Positions 40,110 through 54,347 of a stretch of 64,000 nucleotides of DNA are shown piece by piece. The position numbers and the translations under genes are program-made. Within the stretch, counting starts at the first letter, position 1; each line of letters starts with the position of its first letter. This DNA comes from Chrysomallon squamiferum (lineage: Eukaryota; Animalia; Mollusca): NCBI GenBank assembly GCA_012295275.1, contig CM022674.1, forward strand, positions 6,634,001-6,698,000, read 5' to 3'. Below the pieces are notes generated by a model, which had not been told where the DNA came from, ran no database searches, and saw only the letters and a list, made by a program, of their open reading frames with translations.

Positions 40110-40134
40110 ATTTTTATTTTTATTTTTATTTTTA

Positions 40135-40166
<32 letters not shown>

Positions 40167-40604
40167 TATTAATTTATTTTATTCACATGATTCGTCTGTT
40201 ACATAATTTATTATTATTATCTTCATATATTCATATCTGAAAATTTAATAATTTTTAAATAGACAAAGAAACCTACAGTTCTGTGAACAATTACAATATT
40301 TTCAAGTCACTGACACTAGAGCTGGTGTAAAAACCAAGCAAGACCGTTATTGAACCAATTGATAAACTGATGGATAAATAAATCATGTTAACTGTTTCAC
40401 TACACTAGTCAACATTTTTTTTTTTTGCCGGTCACCATCAAATGTAGATCTTATTTTGTATCCTTAGGATATATTACCTAGAAACAAATATTTTATAGTG
40501 TAAAAAATAAACTATCTGACAATAAAATATGTCAGTTAAACTTAATGTATTTTTTTTTTACTGAGGTTTAAACTTTATCCCAAGAAAAACAAATTTACTA
40601 TTGA

Positions 40605-40650
<46 letters not shown>

Positions 40651-41621
40651 TTGTTGGAAATTATTTCTACAATTAAATTTATTAATTATATTCTGTTTTG
40701 TTTTGTTTTATTTTATTTTATTTTATTTTATTTTATTTTATTTTATTTTATTTTATTTTGTTTTGTTTTTTGTTTTCTTATTTATTTATGCTATCTTTAT
40801 TCCTGATTTCAGAGTAAAACATTCACTTATTTATTATTTCATTTATATACCTCCTACATGCTAATATTATCTCAGTATGATTTAAATTATAGTTCTTCTT
40901 TCTTTCTTTCTTTCTTTCTTTATTTACTATAAGAACTTGGTTGTAGAAGTATATATCAAAAATCTTACTATTCTATACAAATAAAGAACTATCTTTTTAT
41001 CCATATACAACCCTTCCTCCTATGACCTGTTTATTATTCATACCTATCTGTTTATAGATTTTATTTCTGCTTCTTTGTTAACTGTTATATTTATTTACAA
41101 AAATGAGTTCATACATCTATACTACATTTTATGATTTAATTACATACAATCTTGAAATACCTTTTTTTTTGTATGGAAATAAAAAAAAATTCAAACTGAC
41201 ATACCAATGACACCCACATCTTATGTTACGGGTCAGTGAAGCATGACAGAATGAATTCGATTATTTCAACCGTATCATTATCAGCTGATCTTACAAGTGA
41301 CGCATGCATCTTTGTATTTGATAATATTATCTATACAACGAGGTCAGATTAAAGCTAGGATGGTAGATATATGTTTGATCAATTTATTTGATAAATTGTT
41401 GTATGATGCCTCATTTATTTTGAGCTGGAGCAAAAGTTTATAGCATTTTTTAAGTGAAATCCAAAGACAATATTCAGATACTTGTATACAGACTTATTCA
41501 ACCATATATGTGTCATTTTGTTCACCTTTCAAAACATATATGTAACATACTTCAGTGATGTGTGAAACAAAATCATGTGCTCAAACACCTACTAATGAAA
41601 AACAACAGACATGTGTTCCAT

Positions 41622-41672
<51 letters not shown>

Positions 41673-42279
41673 TAAGTGGTAGATATTTAGGATATGGTAT
41701 TGTGTTTAATGTAACCTCATTTTCGTGTTAAGATACAAAGATTTTTTTTTTTTTTTTTTTCCAACTGATTCAGAGAGAATGTCCATTCATCCCACATCTT
41801 CTGTGTTGGTCATTGATAGAGAATTGCAAAGAAATGTTTTGTGTGAATGACAATAGTAAATAACTCCTCATACATTTTAAAAGTTATAAGGTGGGGTTTT
41901 GGTCTCTCTTTTGTTAATAAATAAATAAACACAAGAAAGACAGAAAACTACTGTCATGCTAGAGCTGTTTTTACTGGTGTGATTGATGAAAATACTGTAG
42001 GGAAATGGTGCAGTGAAAGAACAGCTTTTGTATTAATTAATATTTAATTGCACTTCAGTTTTCAGTTGTTCCTGTTTTTGTTGTTGTTGAGAGATAAAAC
42101 CAATTGTATCACTTACCGCAGTTTAGAAATAAATAAAAAGATAGTAAGTTAACTGATTTATATTTTAATATACATATTATTTTAAAATTTTTAATATTTA
42201 ATTTTCAATTTATAATTTTTATCTTTTTAATTAATTTGTTTTTTATTTGATTAATTTTTTTTTTTTTAATTTTAAATAT

Positions 42280-42318
<39 letters not shown>

Positions 42319-45300
42319 TTCATGATTTTGTTGGTTTCCTTTTTTAAGACTCTCTCTGCATAATTCAAAATGGCTTCCCAGCAAAATCAACAAAACTAGT
42401 AATTTTGCACTGCCGAAACATGATGACAGAACATACATGTTTGTGTTTCCCTTTTGAACATCAACTTTTTGCACTAAAATAAAGATTTTTTTTAAGGCCA
42501 AGGGATAAAACTGCTTTCACCAGTTAATTGTAATACAATCTATAGCAAATAGGCCTATATCCACTTATCACAAACAAAGTGTTTAAAAAATAATGATAAT
42601 AATAAGAGAAAGAAATGAAAATTTCATTTAATGATTTGTAAGTGTTGTGTTGCAGTGATGTGCTTGTGTTCATGTTTGTAATATATAAATATATATATCA
42701 ATACGTATGTATGTGTGTATATATGTATGTATATATGTGTATATGTGTATATATGTGTATATATGTATGTATATATACATACACATATATATAAATATAT
42801 TATGTAGACAAATGCATTTGCAGACAACTGTTTATTGATCTGTCAGGTTACATACTCTGCACTCAAATTCTAACACATCCTGCTTGCAACAGACTGTATC
42901 AGCAGGTTTCCAACACTGTTAAATATTTCCCTTTGATCACTGAACAGTCAAAGACACGCACAGTTCAGTAAATAATTAAGTATTTTAAAGTCACTGACAC
43001 TAGAGCTGGTGTACAAACAAAGTTAACATTCTTTAAGAACCAAGCAAGACCTTTATTGAACAAAATGAATAAATTAACGTTTAATAAAACCCCAGCTCAA
43101 AAAAAACAGAACAGATTGGCTATTGGGTGTTAGAGGTATGAATGTAAAATATACTGAACAAGTGCAGTCTTGCGTGACTCGCTTTTTTGTAAGTTGTTTG
43201 TTTCAGCATCTGTTTTTTTGTATGAGCACATCTATCTCTCAGTACCACAGAACTGGTGAAAACCTTCAAAGTCTGTGCGTCATGATAAAAAATTATAACT
43301 AGCTTGCACTCAAAACAAAATGGCTGCCATGCTTACAAGTCTAATATACATTTCCATGTATGAAAATAACAAAACAAAACTTTCATGAATTATTGGTTTT
43401 ATTCTTCTTTGATGCGTTTGAAAAGAAAACTGCGTTTACAAAATGTGCCTATAAAGTGATGATTTAAACAATTTATAATTTACTTTTTGAAACAGTATAT
43501 TTGTGGTGATAACTTAATACTGAATAATATTTGTTGTTATGAAAACTTTAAAAAAAATCCCAAACATTTGAAGCAGTGTAGATTGACAGGAACTAGAATG
43601 ATTATTAAAAATAAAAATAAAACAATAGCTTGCTAATGTCTTAGCACTGAAAGGGTAATTGTAGCTGTAGTAGTAGTAACAGTAGTAGTAGTAATAATAA
43701 TAATTATAAAATAATAATAACAATAAATAAATAAATAAATAAAAATGATACCAAATGGAAGCAGGATTTCAGGTATTACACTCTCAAGATTAAATTAAAT
43801 TAGGATGGGAAGTCTGTCAGTTTGCAACAAACAATAAAGATAATTACAACAACCCAAATATAAATGTAAATAACTTTCTGTGAGCACTATAATTAGATAT
43901 CTTCATCTATCTTTATCTATTCTTTAAACATTTAAAAAAAAAAATTGTTATTAAAATAATCATAAAAAATAAAAATAAAAGAATATTAAGAAACACCAAA
44001 ATCAAAACATACCACAAATCTACATTTAGAAAAAATATTTGCTTATCCAATAGTTATTTTATTTATTTTTAGAAAAGAAAATTATAAAAATTGCCTAGAC
44101 TAATAATTATAGGTATCTAAAAAAAATAAATACAAAATTTTAAATAAAAAAGAAAACCATACCAGATGAAATTTCTGAAACTGTGTTTAACAATATATTT
44201 CTTAAAAACTGTATTATCATTTTTACCACAGGAAGCTAATAACATCTAATAATAGCTATTACAATATATTTGACAGTTTTTGTTTCATAACTGTGTACCA
44301 TCACAGATTTTTTCATTCATAGCCTTATAAAACACAGAAGATATTCTTTTATTTCTTTAGCAGGCAAACATAAATGCATAAATATAGATACACACACATT
44401 ATTATATATCTACAGTTCTATCAAAACTGCACAGATTCATTCCTGTATTACCACACACTGCATATAACTGTATGATGGATCATCCTCACTGCTACAACTA
44501 CAACCACTGCAAGCAGTATGTATTCCACACCACAAACATAATATATGTATATGTATGCAGGCGAGCACTATATAACATGACATGACATATTATTCACACA
44601 TCAAAGAGGATGAGGTTTCATCAATATACTTAATTAACAAGCAACAGGTGTTTTTTTTTTTCTTCTCCCTTAAACAGTATGAAATGATCAGCAAAATAAT
44701 GAAATTCATCGACTTATCAATCACAGGGTAAAATGTTTGAATTAATGATTAAATTTAAAATTATACGAGGACTGTAACAACTAAGAAGATAGGAAAGCTA
44801 CTGCCAGTGCATGATGGATGATCATCTTTTTTGATCAGCTGCAATGGATCTTTTTATCTACACCTTCCCAGAGACAGAAAAAATGTGGATAAAAGGAACA
44901 AATAAGCTACTCTGTTCAAAATTAGTTCCTGAAGGTGCACAATCCTGTTAGAGATTATAAAATGGAAAAAATTGCACTGAATCAGCCACATTACCTCTAT
45001 TAACTGTAAATTGTGATAAACCGAAGATATACAACCCTATTACCTTTACAGATTATAAAGCAGTAAAATTATATGTATGAAATCTGAATTTGTCATATTA
45101 CAACTGTTATCTATAAACTGTGATAAACCAAAGGTGCCAAACAATATTACAGATCATATACTGGAAAAGTTATAATGGATTATCATATGTGAATTGGCCG
45201 TATTACAGTTCTTAACAATAAATTGTGATAAACCAATTAGAAGAACTAGCTATATGTGTGTTTATGCAAGTTTACATTTAATTTGTTTTTCACAATGTAT

Positions 45301-46090
45301 TTAGAATGAAACTTGCAACTCTTAATATAAACTCAGGTCCTGCTCCGAAGATAATTTCAATAACTAATAAAACAAAAACTGAATTAAAAATAAATTATTT
45401 TTAGAATGAATTTGAAGCTAATTTCTGTCTGTTATTGGCTATGATACTTACAAAGTAAGCTCAGATGTGGGTCCCTAAGTTACAATGAGCTGTAGATATA
45501 TCACTTTCATCTAAAACAGTTTTTGAGCAGCGAAATAAAAACTGATTCTGTATGTTGGATTAGTGTAAGGGTTTCATGTTCAATCACAACACAGGTTAAT
45601 AATATTTTTACCTAAGAATATATACCACTTATTTATATTTTTTCTTGTAAACTATTTGTGTTTTTATATCTTATATTCTGTATATTTAAAAATACAGTTA
45701 CGACTATTCTGCACTGTATAAAAAAAAAATAATAATAGTAATAATAATTATAATAATAATTATATATATATATATATATATATTCATTTTCTGCAGACCA
45801 GCTTCAAGTAATTATAAACAAAAACAAAAGATACGTGGTTTTAACTATTTATAGATACAAATAAGGTAGTCTGTTAAAAACTATAACTGAAATATAAGCA
45901 ACCCTGTTAAAGATTATTACAATAAATTATGAAATGCAAATCATGTTTACCATAATTATTACAGATATAACAGTAAAATGAAATTAATCTTTTTCTTAAC
46001 ACTAATTGATTATATTTTACATTTATTTTAATTCTTAAAATTTTATTTATTTACTGACTGACTGACTGACTGACTGACTGACTGACTGAC

Positions 46091-46157
<67 letters not shown>

Positions 46158-47085
46158 TTGTTGATTTTCACCGTGATTTGTTAATATCCTTTGTCTAAAG
46201 ACTGAGCTTGATTTTCATAGTTTAACTATACATATTTAGCAAATATTAATTTTCATTAAATGCACCTATTGGAAGATATAGGAAAAAAAAAAAAAAAAAT
46301 AAATAAAATACATAAAAAAAAAAAAAACGCTCTGACAATACCCACAAGATTCAGATAATAACAATAATTTATGTACAACATGCACACACAAGCACACATG
46401 TGTCTAAGATTTTATTTTATATTTCAGTTTAAGTCAGTTTTCATACAAAAACTTGTTTAAGATAAAGATTCTAATTTATGTTTCAATTTAAGTCAGTTTG
46501 CACATACTTCTGACTGAATTATATTTAAAAATCAGTCGCACAACTTTTCAAAAGCTATCACAAAAGGAAATCTATGTGCTTCATGATTCTCTAACAGAAT
46601 GAACTTGGCTAATATTTTATTCTAAACTTACACACTGTTTATATTCACAGAAAATAACCATCCACTTAAATCATGCAAGGTTAAAGTTGAATCTCTTGTA
46701 TCCAATTAAATATGGTCATGGCCATGATCAAAGTTCAACTTTTCTTCATCTGATTAAAATAAAATGAAAGCTCTGTGTTCATTTTTCTCTCTTCATTTGA
46801 ATCCAATTTGAAAATCTATCCTATCAAAACATGGCAAGACAAAATTCAGTTCCTTCATCCAGTGAAATAAAGGCCAGATTTGATTTTTTTTTTTTTTCAA
46901 CCAATCAAGTCACTGCTAGGCCAGAATTTGAATCCTTCATCCAAAGAAATTGTGTGAAATAATAGTTAAATTTTCATTCTCCAATTATGTCTTGCCACTG
47001 TTCATTTTTTCTCATCTGATGAGATTTTGCAAGGTCAGAGTTCAGTTAAATAAAGATCAGAGTTCAATAATGTTGAAGTGGTTCA

Positions 47086-47592
47086 TTATTTCTCTTTGTT
47101 TAAAGCATGAATGAATTCTTCTAACTTGTCTTGAATTTGTCTGACTCGTTCTGTAAAACAGAAACATTTTAAAAAATTTATAATGACTACTGAAAAAACA
47201 ATGAAATTTCCTTGGCCATTAAGGACATGTTTTTCTGTAAATTCTTGTAAATAAATAGATTTAAAAATAGAAAACAAATATCTCCTCAGCTACCTGAATG
47301 GATGATCCTCCTCTTAACAATTTTTTATATAAATAAATAAATAAATAAATAATAATTATCTACAAGCTGTATTTTTAAAATTTTTAAATAAATAATTAAA
47401 TATAGAAAAAAAAAAAAATAAATAAACAAGTAAATAAGTAAATAAAGTAATAACTCACTCATCTCCTCAGCTAGTTGGACGCGCCTTCCCGTTAACAGTT
47501 TTACTAGCTGATCTTTATCTTCTCCTATTTCTTCTAACGACTCTTTTACTATTCTTTCTAATCGGCGGGCTGCAAAATTAAAAATAATAATA

Positions 47593-47628
<36 letters not shown>

Positions 47629-50600
47629 AAAATAAAAAAAAATTGAAAAATTTATAATTAAATAAAGAAATTGAAAAATTGAAAATACTAAAATAAAAAA
47701 AAGAACAAAACTAAAAAGAAAATAAAAACTAACAAATAAAAAAACAGAATAAAATAAAATATAAACTAAAATCAGAATAAAATGTTATTTTAGGGCTAAT
47801 TTAATTCATAGTAACTTAAAAATACTTACCTCTTTATAAAAAGATAGTGTGTGTAAATATGCACTCACACACACACACACACTACATTAACAAATTATAA
47901 TAAAAGATTACTCAAAATATCTGTTTTGAGTTCTAATACTCAACCTAGTATATTTTAAGAGGCAAACTTACCTTCATTGTTAACAACTTGTTGTCTTAAA
48001 GCATTGCTCGTCACTTGGTGCATTCTCTGCAGCCTCCAAAACAACACAACGTCGTGGCAATCCAACTGAAACAACAACAACATCGTTCAAACAACATATT
48101 TGAGAAAGAAGAGAAAAAAGGCAGCCTTTCTTTAGATTAGTTACGTTTTAAATACATTTTAGTTTTTTTATCATTGCCAGGCTCAATAGGATTTCTTAAC
48201 ATTAGCTATATTTAACATAAATCAAAATGTTTTTTTTTTTTTATCATTAGTAAAGAATGGTTATTAGTAAAAAGATATTTAGAAAATGTTTTCAAAAAAG
48301 AAGGGATACTGGTAGCCTCAGAATGATTTCTTAAGACAAGTTATATTTTACACAATTTTTTAGTTATTTATCATTAGCAAAGAATAGGTGTCAAGGATAT
48401 TTAGCAAACATGTGAGAAAATTTAGAAAATGACTGCATCAGTGTCAGTGCTTAGACAAATTATTTCTAAATATATTTTGGTTTTTATCTAGAGCAAAGAA
48501 TGGTTAACTGTGAAAGATATTTATAAAATCATTAACAGGAGTAATATTTTACTAAATTAAAATGTTTGTTCTTTATCATTAGCAAAGAATGCAGATCAGT
48601 AAAAGATATTTAGCAAACATTTGAAAAAGTTTGGAAAAGAACTGCTTTGATATTATTATGTAAACTATTTTTCAGGAATATTTGTTACTTTATTATCAGT
48701 AAAGGATATTTAGAGTATATACTTACCCCTGTGTCAGCGAAACCACTCTGGTAATAATAAAATCCCTTTTTACATTCAAGTGCGTTATTTAGTGATTTCT
48801 GGAAAAAGTGTTTTCTAAAGAGATGATACCATGTTTCCCGAATCTGACAATAAAAAAAAACAATTCATAAATAAATAAATAAAAAAATAAAAAAATTCAT
48901 AAATAAATAAATAAAATAAATAATTAAATAAACAAATGAAATTAAATACAGAAATAAAGAAAAAACAAAAGAAAGAAAAAAAGAAAGATTTGCTTAAATT
49001 AAAATTGTAAATGTGTAAGCAGACATGTGTGTGCATGCATTTAGACATGCATTTACTCAGAAACACAAAAGCATCATACATATATACACACATACACACA
49101 CAAATATACAAATACAGATAGACATATACACACAGATACACTGATTCACCTTACACAAAGTGACATATACATACATATATATATATATATATATAATATT
49201 AAAAAGATATAAACTTACAAAATCAGTTGTAACTTCAACTCCCTGGTTTTGTAAATTTTTCCTCACTGTTGTTAATTCATCTGGTGCTAGATGGCTGTTG
49301 TGTTGCTGAAATAATAATAATAATAATAATAACAATAACAATAACAACAATAATAATAATTACAACAATGATAATAATAATGATGATAATGATAATGATG
49401 CTAACAAGAATGATAATGATGATGAAATCAGTGAGTTATAATGGAAATGATAAATAATAATACTGATGATAATGATGATAATAACAATTTTAATAACAAT
49501 GATAATATTGATGATGATGATAATAACAATAACAACAACATTTACAATAATTGTAAAGAAAACTGAAACAAAAAAAAACACAAAAAAACAAAAGCATTAT
49601 AAGTTAAAACCATAATTAACATTTCAGTTTCTTGCCAAAAAATATTATTAACAATGCAAAATACATATATTTATTTAATTTCAAACAAAATGTGACAGAA
49701 ATAATTTTGAAAATGATTTGAGATTTTATTCTATGATTGTAATGCATTTACCTGCTGTGAATTGATTAGTTTCTCTAACTCGTTCTTAGTTGCAATGCGG
49801 TCTCTGTTTTCTGGTGTCAGACTTTTCCACTGAGTCCACTGCTCAAAAGTTCCTGGTCCTGTCAGCTTCTTCATGACATCATCAGCTGAAAATAATATTT
49901 TAAGAAACATAGATATATATATATATATTAAAATTAAAAGTATATATTGAAATAAAAAGTATATATAGAAATAAACACTATAGACTGAAATAAACAGTAC
50001 ATAAATGAAAATAAACAGTATATATTAAACACAAATGTATGTACATATTTTTGTTTACTTTTGGTACATGCATATATCAAAATAACTTGTTTGAGTGAGT
50101 AAGTTTGATGTATGTGATAAGGGTGTTTGTGTGTGTATGTGTTGTGTATATACATTTGTATTGATGTGTCTATCTTTTAGTGTGCATGTGTGAATTAATT
50201 TGTGTGTGTGTTTGTATGTGTGTTTGTGTGAATGTATTAATATCTGTTAACATGTTTGGGTGTGCTACATAAAAAAAAAAAAAAAAATAAAATGTTTTAT
50301 TAAAAAAAAAAAAAAAATGAAGACATTTTTAATCTTTGGTTTCTGTGTCATAAGATAGAGAATTAACAAAGTGAGAAAAGCGTCAGACCTTGCTTCACTT
50401 TCTCTCTGAGTGTCTCCTCCATGAACTTGATAGACGAATCCCACTGTTGTTTGTCTGTCACTGACCTGTCTTCCAGTACATTCAGCTGGATGACACGCTG
50501 TAAACAACACAATTGTATCTTTAATACATTTAGCTTCTGTCTTTAGTGTCTTTAGTATTATTGTGTTAAAATACCAAATATCTGCTAAAATAAATTAAAA

Positions 50601-51185
50601 TAATAATAATAATAATAATAATAATATTAATAATAATACAAATAGTAATAACAATAAAACAACAGTAATAATAGCAAGAAAAATACAAATAATAATAGTA
50701 ATAATAACAAGAATAATAATGATAATAATAATAAAAACAATATGAATAATAATAAGAACAAAAAATAATAACAAAAAACAAACAACAACAACAACAACAG
50801 AAATAGTAATAATAACAATAAAAACAACAATAATAATAGTAACAATAACAATAATAATAATAACAACAGTAATAATAACAACAACAACAACAACAGCAGC
50901 AGCAGCAACAACAGCACACATACCAAACTGTCCTCAGCCTTTGTGTCCCATGTGTGTCTTTTTCTGGCCTGTTCTATAACAGCTTGTTTGAGCTGGTCAA
51001 ATATCTCGTCATGGTGACGCTTTTCTTTGTCTCTGTCTACAAGTTTTTGAAACTCTTCATGGAGGGAGTCCCAGCCTACCTGGGAGAGAAAAAACAAAAA
51101 ACAATAAAAATAAAAATGAAATAAAACAAAACAAAATAAACAAAATAAAGAAAAGTGATGAGAAAAGAATGAAACAGAAAAAAAA

Positions 51186-51238
<53 letters not shown>

Positions 51239-53331
51239 AATAAAATAAAATAAAATAAAATAAAATAAAATAAAATCTTATACATTTTTTTGAAATAATT
51301 ATTTCATAAATACTGGCTCCTATAATGATACCTTTACAGTACATAACAGAGATAAAAATATATGCAGATTAAGAATTAAAATTAAAATTAAAACAATAAC
51401 AATAACAATAACAATAACAATAAAAATAATAACAATAACAATAAAATAATAAAGATATTTAAAAAAAAAGAAGAAAAAAAAAGATAATAATAATAAAAAG
51501 AATAAAAAATAAAATAAATAAAAGATATATCATTTACTAACTTCCACACATCTCTTAGGTAACTGGACATCTGCCCACTGCTTCAGCTTAATATCCACAG
51601 ACGTGTTGAATGTTCTGTGAACAAAAAAACAAAACAAACATAACCACAATAAACATATTAATAAAATAGCCAATAAATTATATAACATCACTTCAAATAA
51701 ATAATCACAATCTGTTTTTCTCTGCACTCTCATTTTGTATGTAAAAAAATATATTCTGCTTGTTAAGAATGATGATAATACTAACAAAACTCTTTAATCT
51801 ATGTTATTTTGAAACTAGAAATAATGATTAAAAAAAAGACTGTTTAACATGTATCAAAAATACCCAGATTATTTAAAGAATTAAAACGTATAAATGAAAG
51901 TTTTAAAAAATTCTCACCCAGCATTTTCTGCCTGGGCTGATGGAAGGTAAATATTTTCTATCACAAAAGTAGAATTCTTTTCCCAAAGTTTGATGTTAAA
52001 TGTGTCTTCCCTGGAAAAACAATTATAAAATAATAAATAAAAAACACACAAATATCTATGATATTATATCTCACAAATGTGTGAGTGTGTGGATGTGTGG
52101 GTGAAGTAGCCAGTGCAGCATAATTCAGTTACCCCAAGCCATTAAGTAAATGTTTAATAATCACCTATAATATATTTCCCTTGATTTCAATAAAACAGCA
52201 GAATAATTGTTTTGTAATATATTATTAAAAACAACAACATTTTTCTTAGAACTTTATACTTATATAAATAAACAGACAGATGATAACAGAAAAACAGATT
52301 GACAGACAGATTTATGTACATAGACAGAGTGACAGATAGATGGATAGATGGATGGAGAGACAGATAGTCAAAAGACTCATAGACAGATAGAAGACAGTCA
52401 GACAGAGAGACACAGACAGATGACAGACAGACAGACAGACACAGACAGAAGACAGACAGACAGACAGACACAGATGTAAGTGTAAAATAACATGAAGTGA
52501 GTGTACCATTGTTTGGGAGTAATCTGACTCAAGTTGACAATTTCATCAAGAATTTCACCTTTGGCTTTTTCAAATAACTCATCCTAGACAAAACACAAAG
52601 ATGTGCATGAATTAATAACACACCAAACACGTTTTTAAAAATCTACAGTTTGAAACTACAACACATTTGTTGTTTTCATTTATCTGCCTGGCTACATTTG
52701 CAGATTTGTAGAAATAGTAATAAGAATAATGGCGAAATTTCAGCAGATATGAAATGGTAAAAAATTAAATTTACAAAACCAAAGTTTGGGTTTTTTCTGA
52801 AAAAAGAAATGGTCTTTTATTTAATCAATATTTTGCTGTCTGAAGCACATTCAAAGAATGATATTTTAAAAATACCTTCTTAAAACCATAGTTTAAGTCT
52901 ATCTCCAACTCAATAGCCAGCTAAATAAAAGAATTTTTTAAGTAAATGAATTTGAAACATATGCATCTGTGTGGCACACCTAGCTTCATAGAGACTAATC
53001 CATACAAAAAGTTTCACTGAGAATGAAAACAGGTAAAATAGTTTTAAAGAAAATTTAATAGAAAATTTCAAAGTGATAATCAACTCACCCTATCGAGTTC
53101 TCTCATTCCAGGGAATGTGTTTTTCCACTCAGTCTCCAAGTTGAATCTAGTGGCTACAGAAAGGTAAACAGTCAATAAAAGAGTTGTTACACTCTGGTAA
53201 GTTAGCGAGTAAACAGCTAGGATACATAAAACTGAAAGTCATTTTATATGCCAATGTGTGAACCATTAATACAAGGATGTATGCACAGAGATCACCCCTA
53301 AACAAAAATGTGTCCACTTTCACTCACTCAC

Positions 53332-53402
<71 letters not shown>

Positions 53403-54312
53403 CTTTCCAGCTTTTTCACATTACATGCACCTAGCACCTATCCAGTTACACACATACAAAGGCATACAAACAAACTTCTTTTCAAACAACACACAAACAC
53501 AAGTACTGTTCCAAACTATACACAAACCCTGACAAGAAAGAACAAACTATAAACACACAGAATGTATCTGGTACTGAACTCTGGCCCACAGGAGACAAAC
53601 TCTAACCTTTAAATGCATCAGCTTGTTGTTCCACTGTTTCTCTGACCATTTTCCAGAAGATGTCAGACACAGCCATACTGAGATTTCCTGTTGTCATCTG
53701 TGTTGGTTTCAAAACGCCATCTCTAAAAACATAAAATACAAAAAAACAACTATTATACTGTATCATCACTTCTTAATGAAAACACAATATCCACTGCATC
53801 TTTTCATATAAATATATTACAATTTTTATATACAAAAACAAATAAAACAATTATTTCATGTCTATACATTATTATTTCTATGCTTAAACTCTGCTATTTA
53901 ATTTATGCCTACTCTATATTCTGTGGGTTGAAGCCAAAAATCCTGTATACAGAATATCTTAGGTATGTACATATAATAAATATTTACTGATTATCTGAAA
54001 GAAAAAGCATTGACAAAAACTTGTAAACTATATAAATTGAGATAAATATAATTATTAAATTACATAAACAATAATGAAAAAAAAGTTTGGGATTTTTAAA
54101 ATTAAGGATCTGTATAAAAAATATCTATCTGAATATTTGATTAATATCCATTATCATATTTTTATGTTAAAGATATAGTTTTATTAAATATATCTGCTGT
54201 GATATGGGAATCATTTCTTTCTTACTTGAACAGTCTGGAATTTCTGAAAAATTTGTCTTCATAGTCTTTAATGCTGCTTATACTGTCACTAGTATTGCCT
54301 GAAAACAGTGAA

Positions 54313-54347
<35 letters not shown>

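Noticed and set aside
35700-47085. Possible hidden gene in the 11-kb MLF-OPA1 interval
   Set aside because: Only short AT-rich or microsatellite ORFs; no recognisable motifs or phase-consistent exons. Probably long 3' UTRs and intergenic DNA.
50566-50921. Poly-Cys/Tyr/Leu/Ile ORFs
   Set aside because: Trinucleotide (AAT/AAC) repeats within an OPA1 intron.
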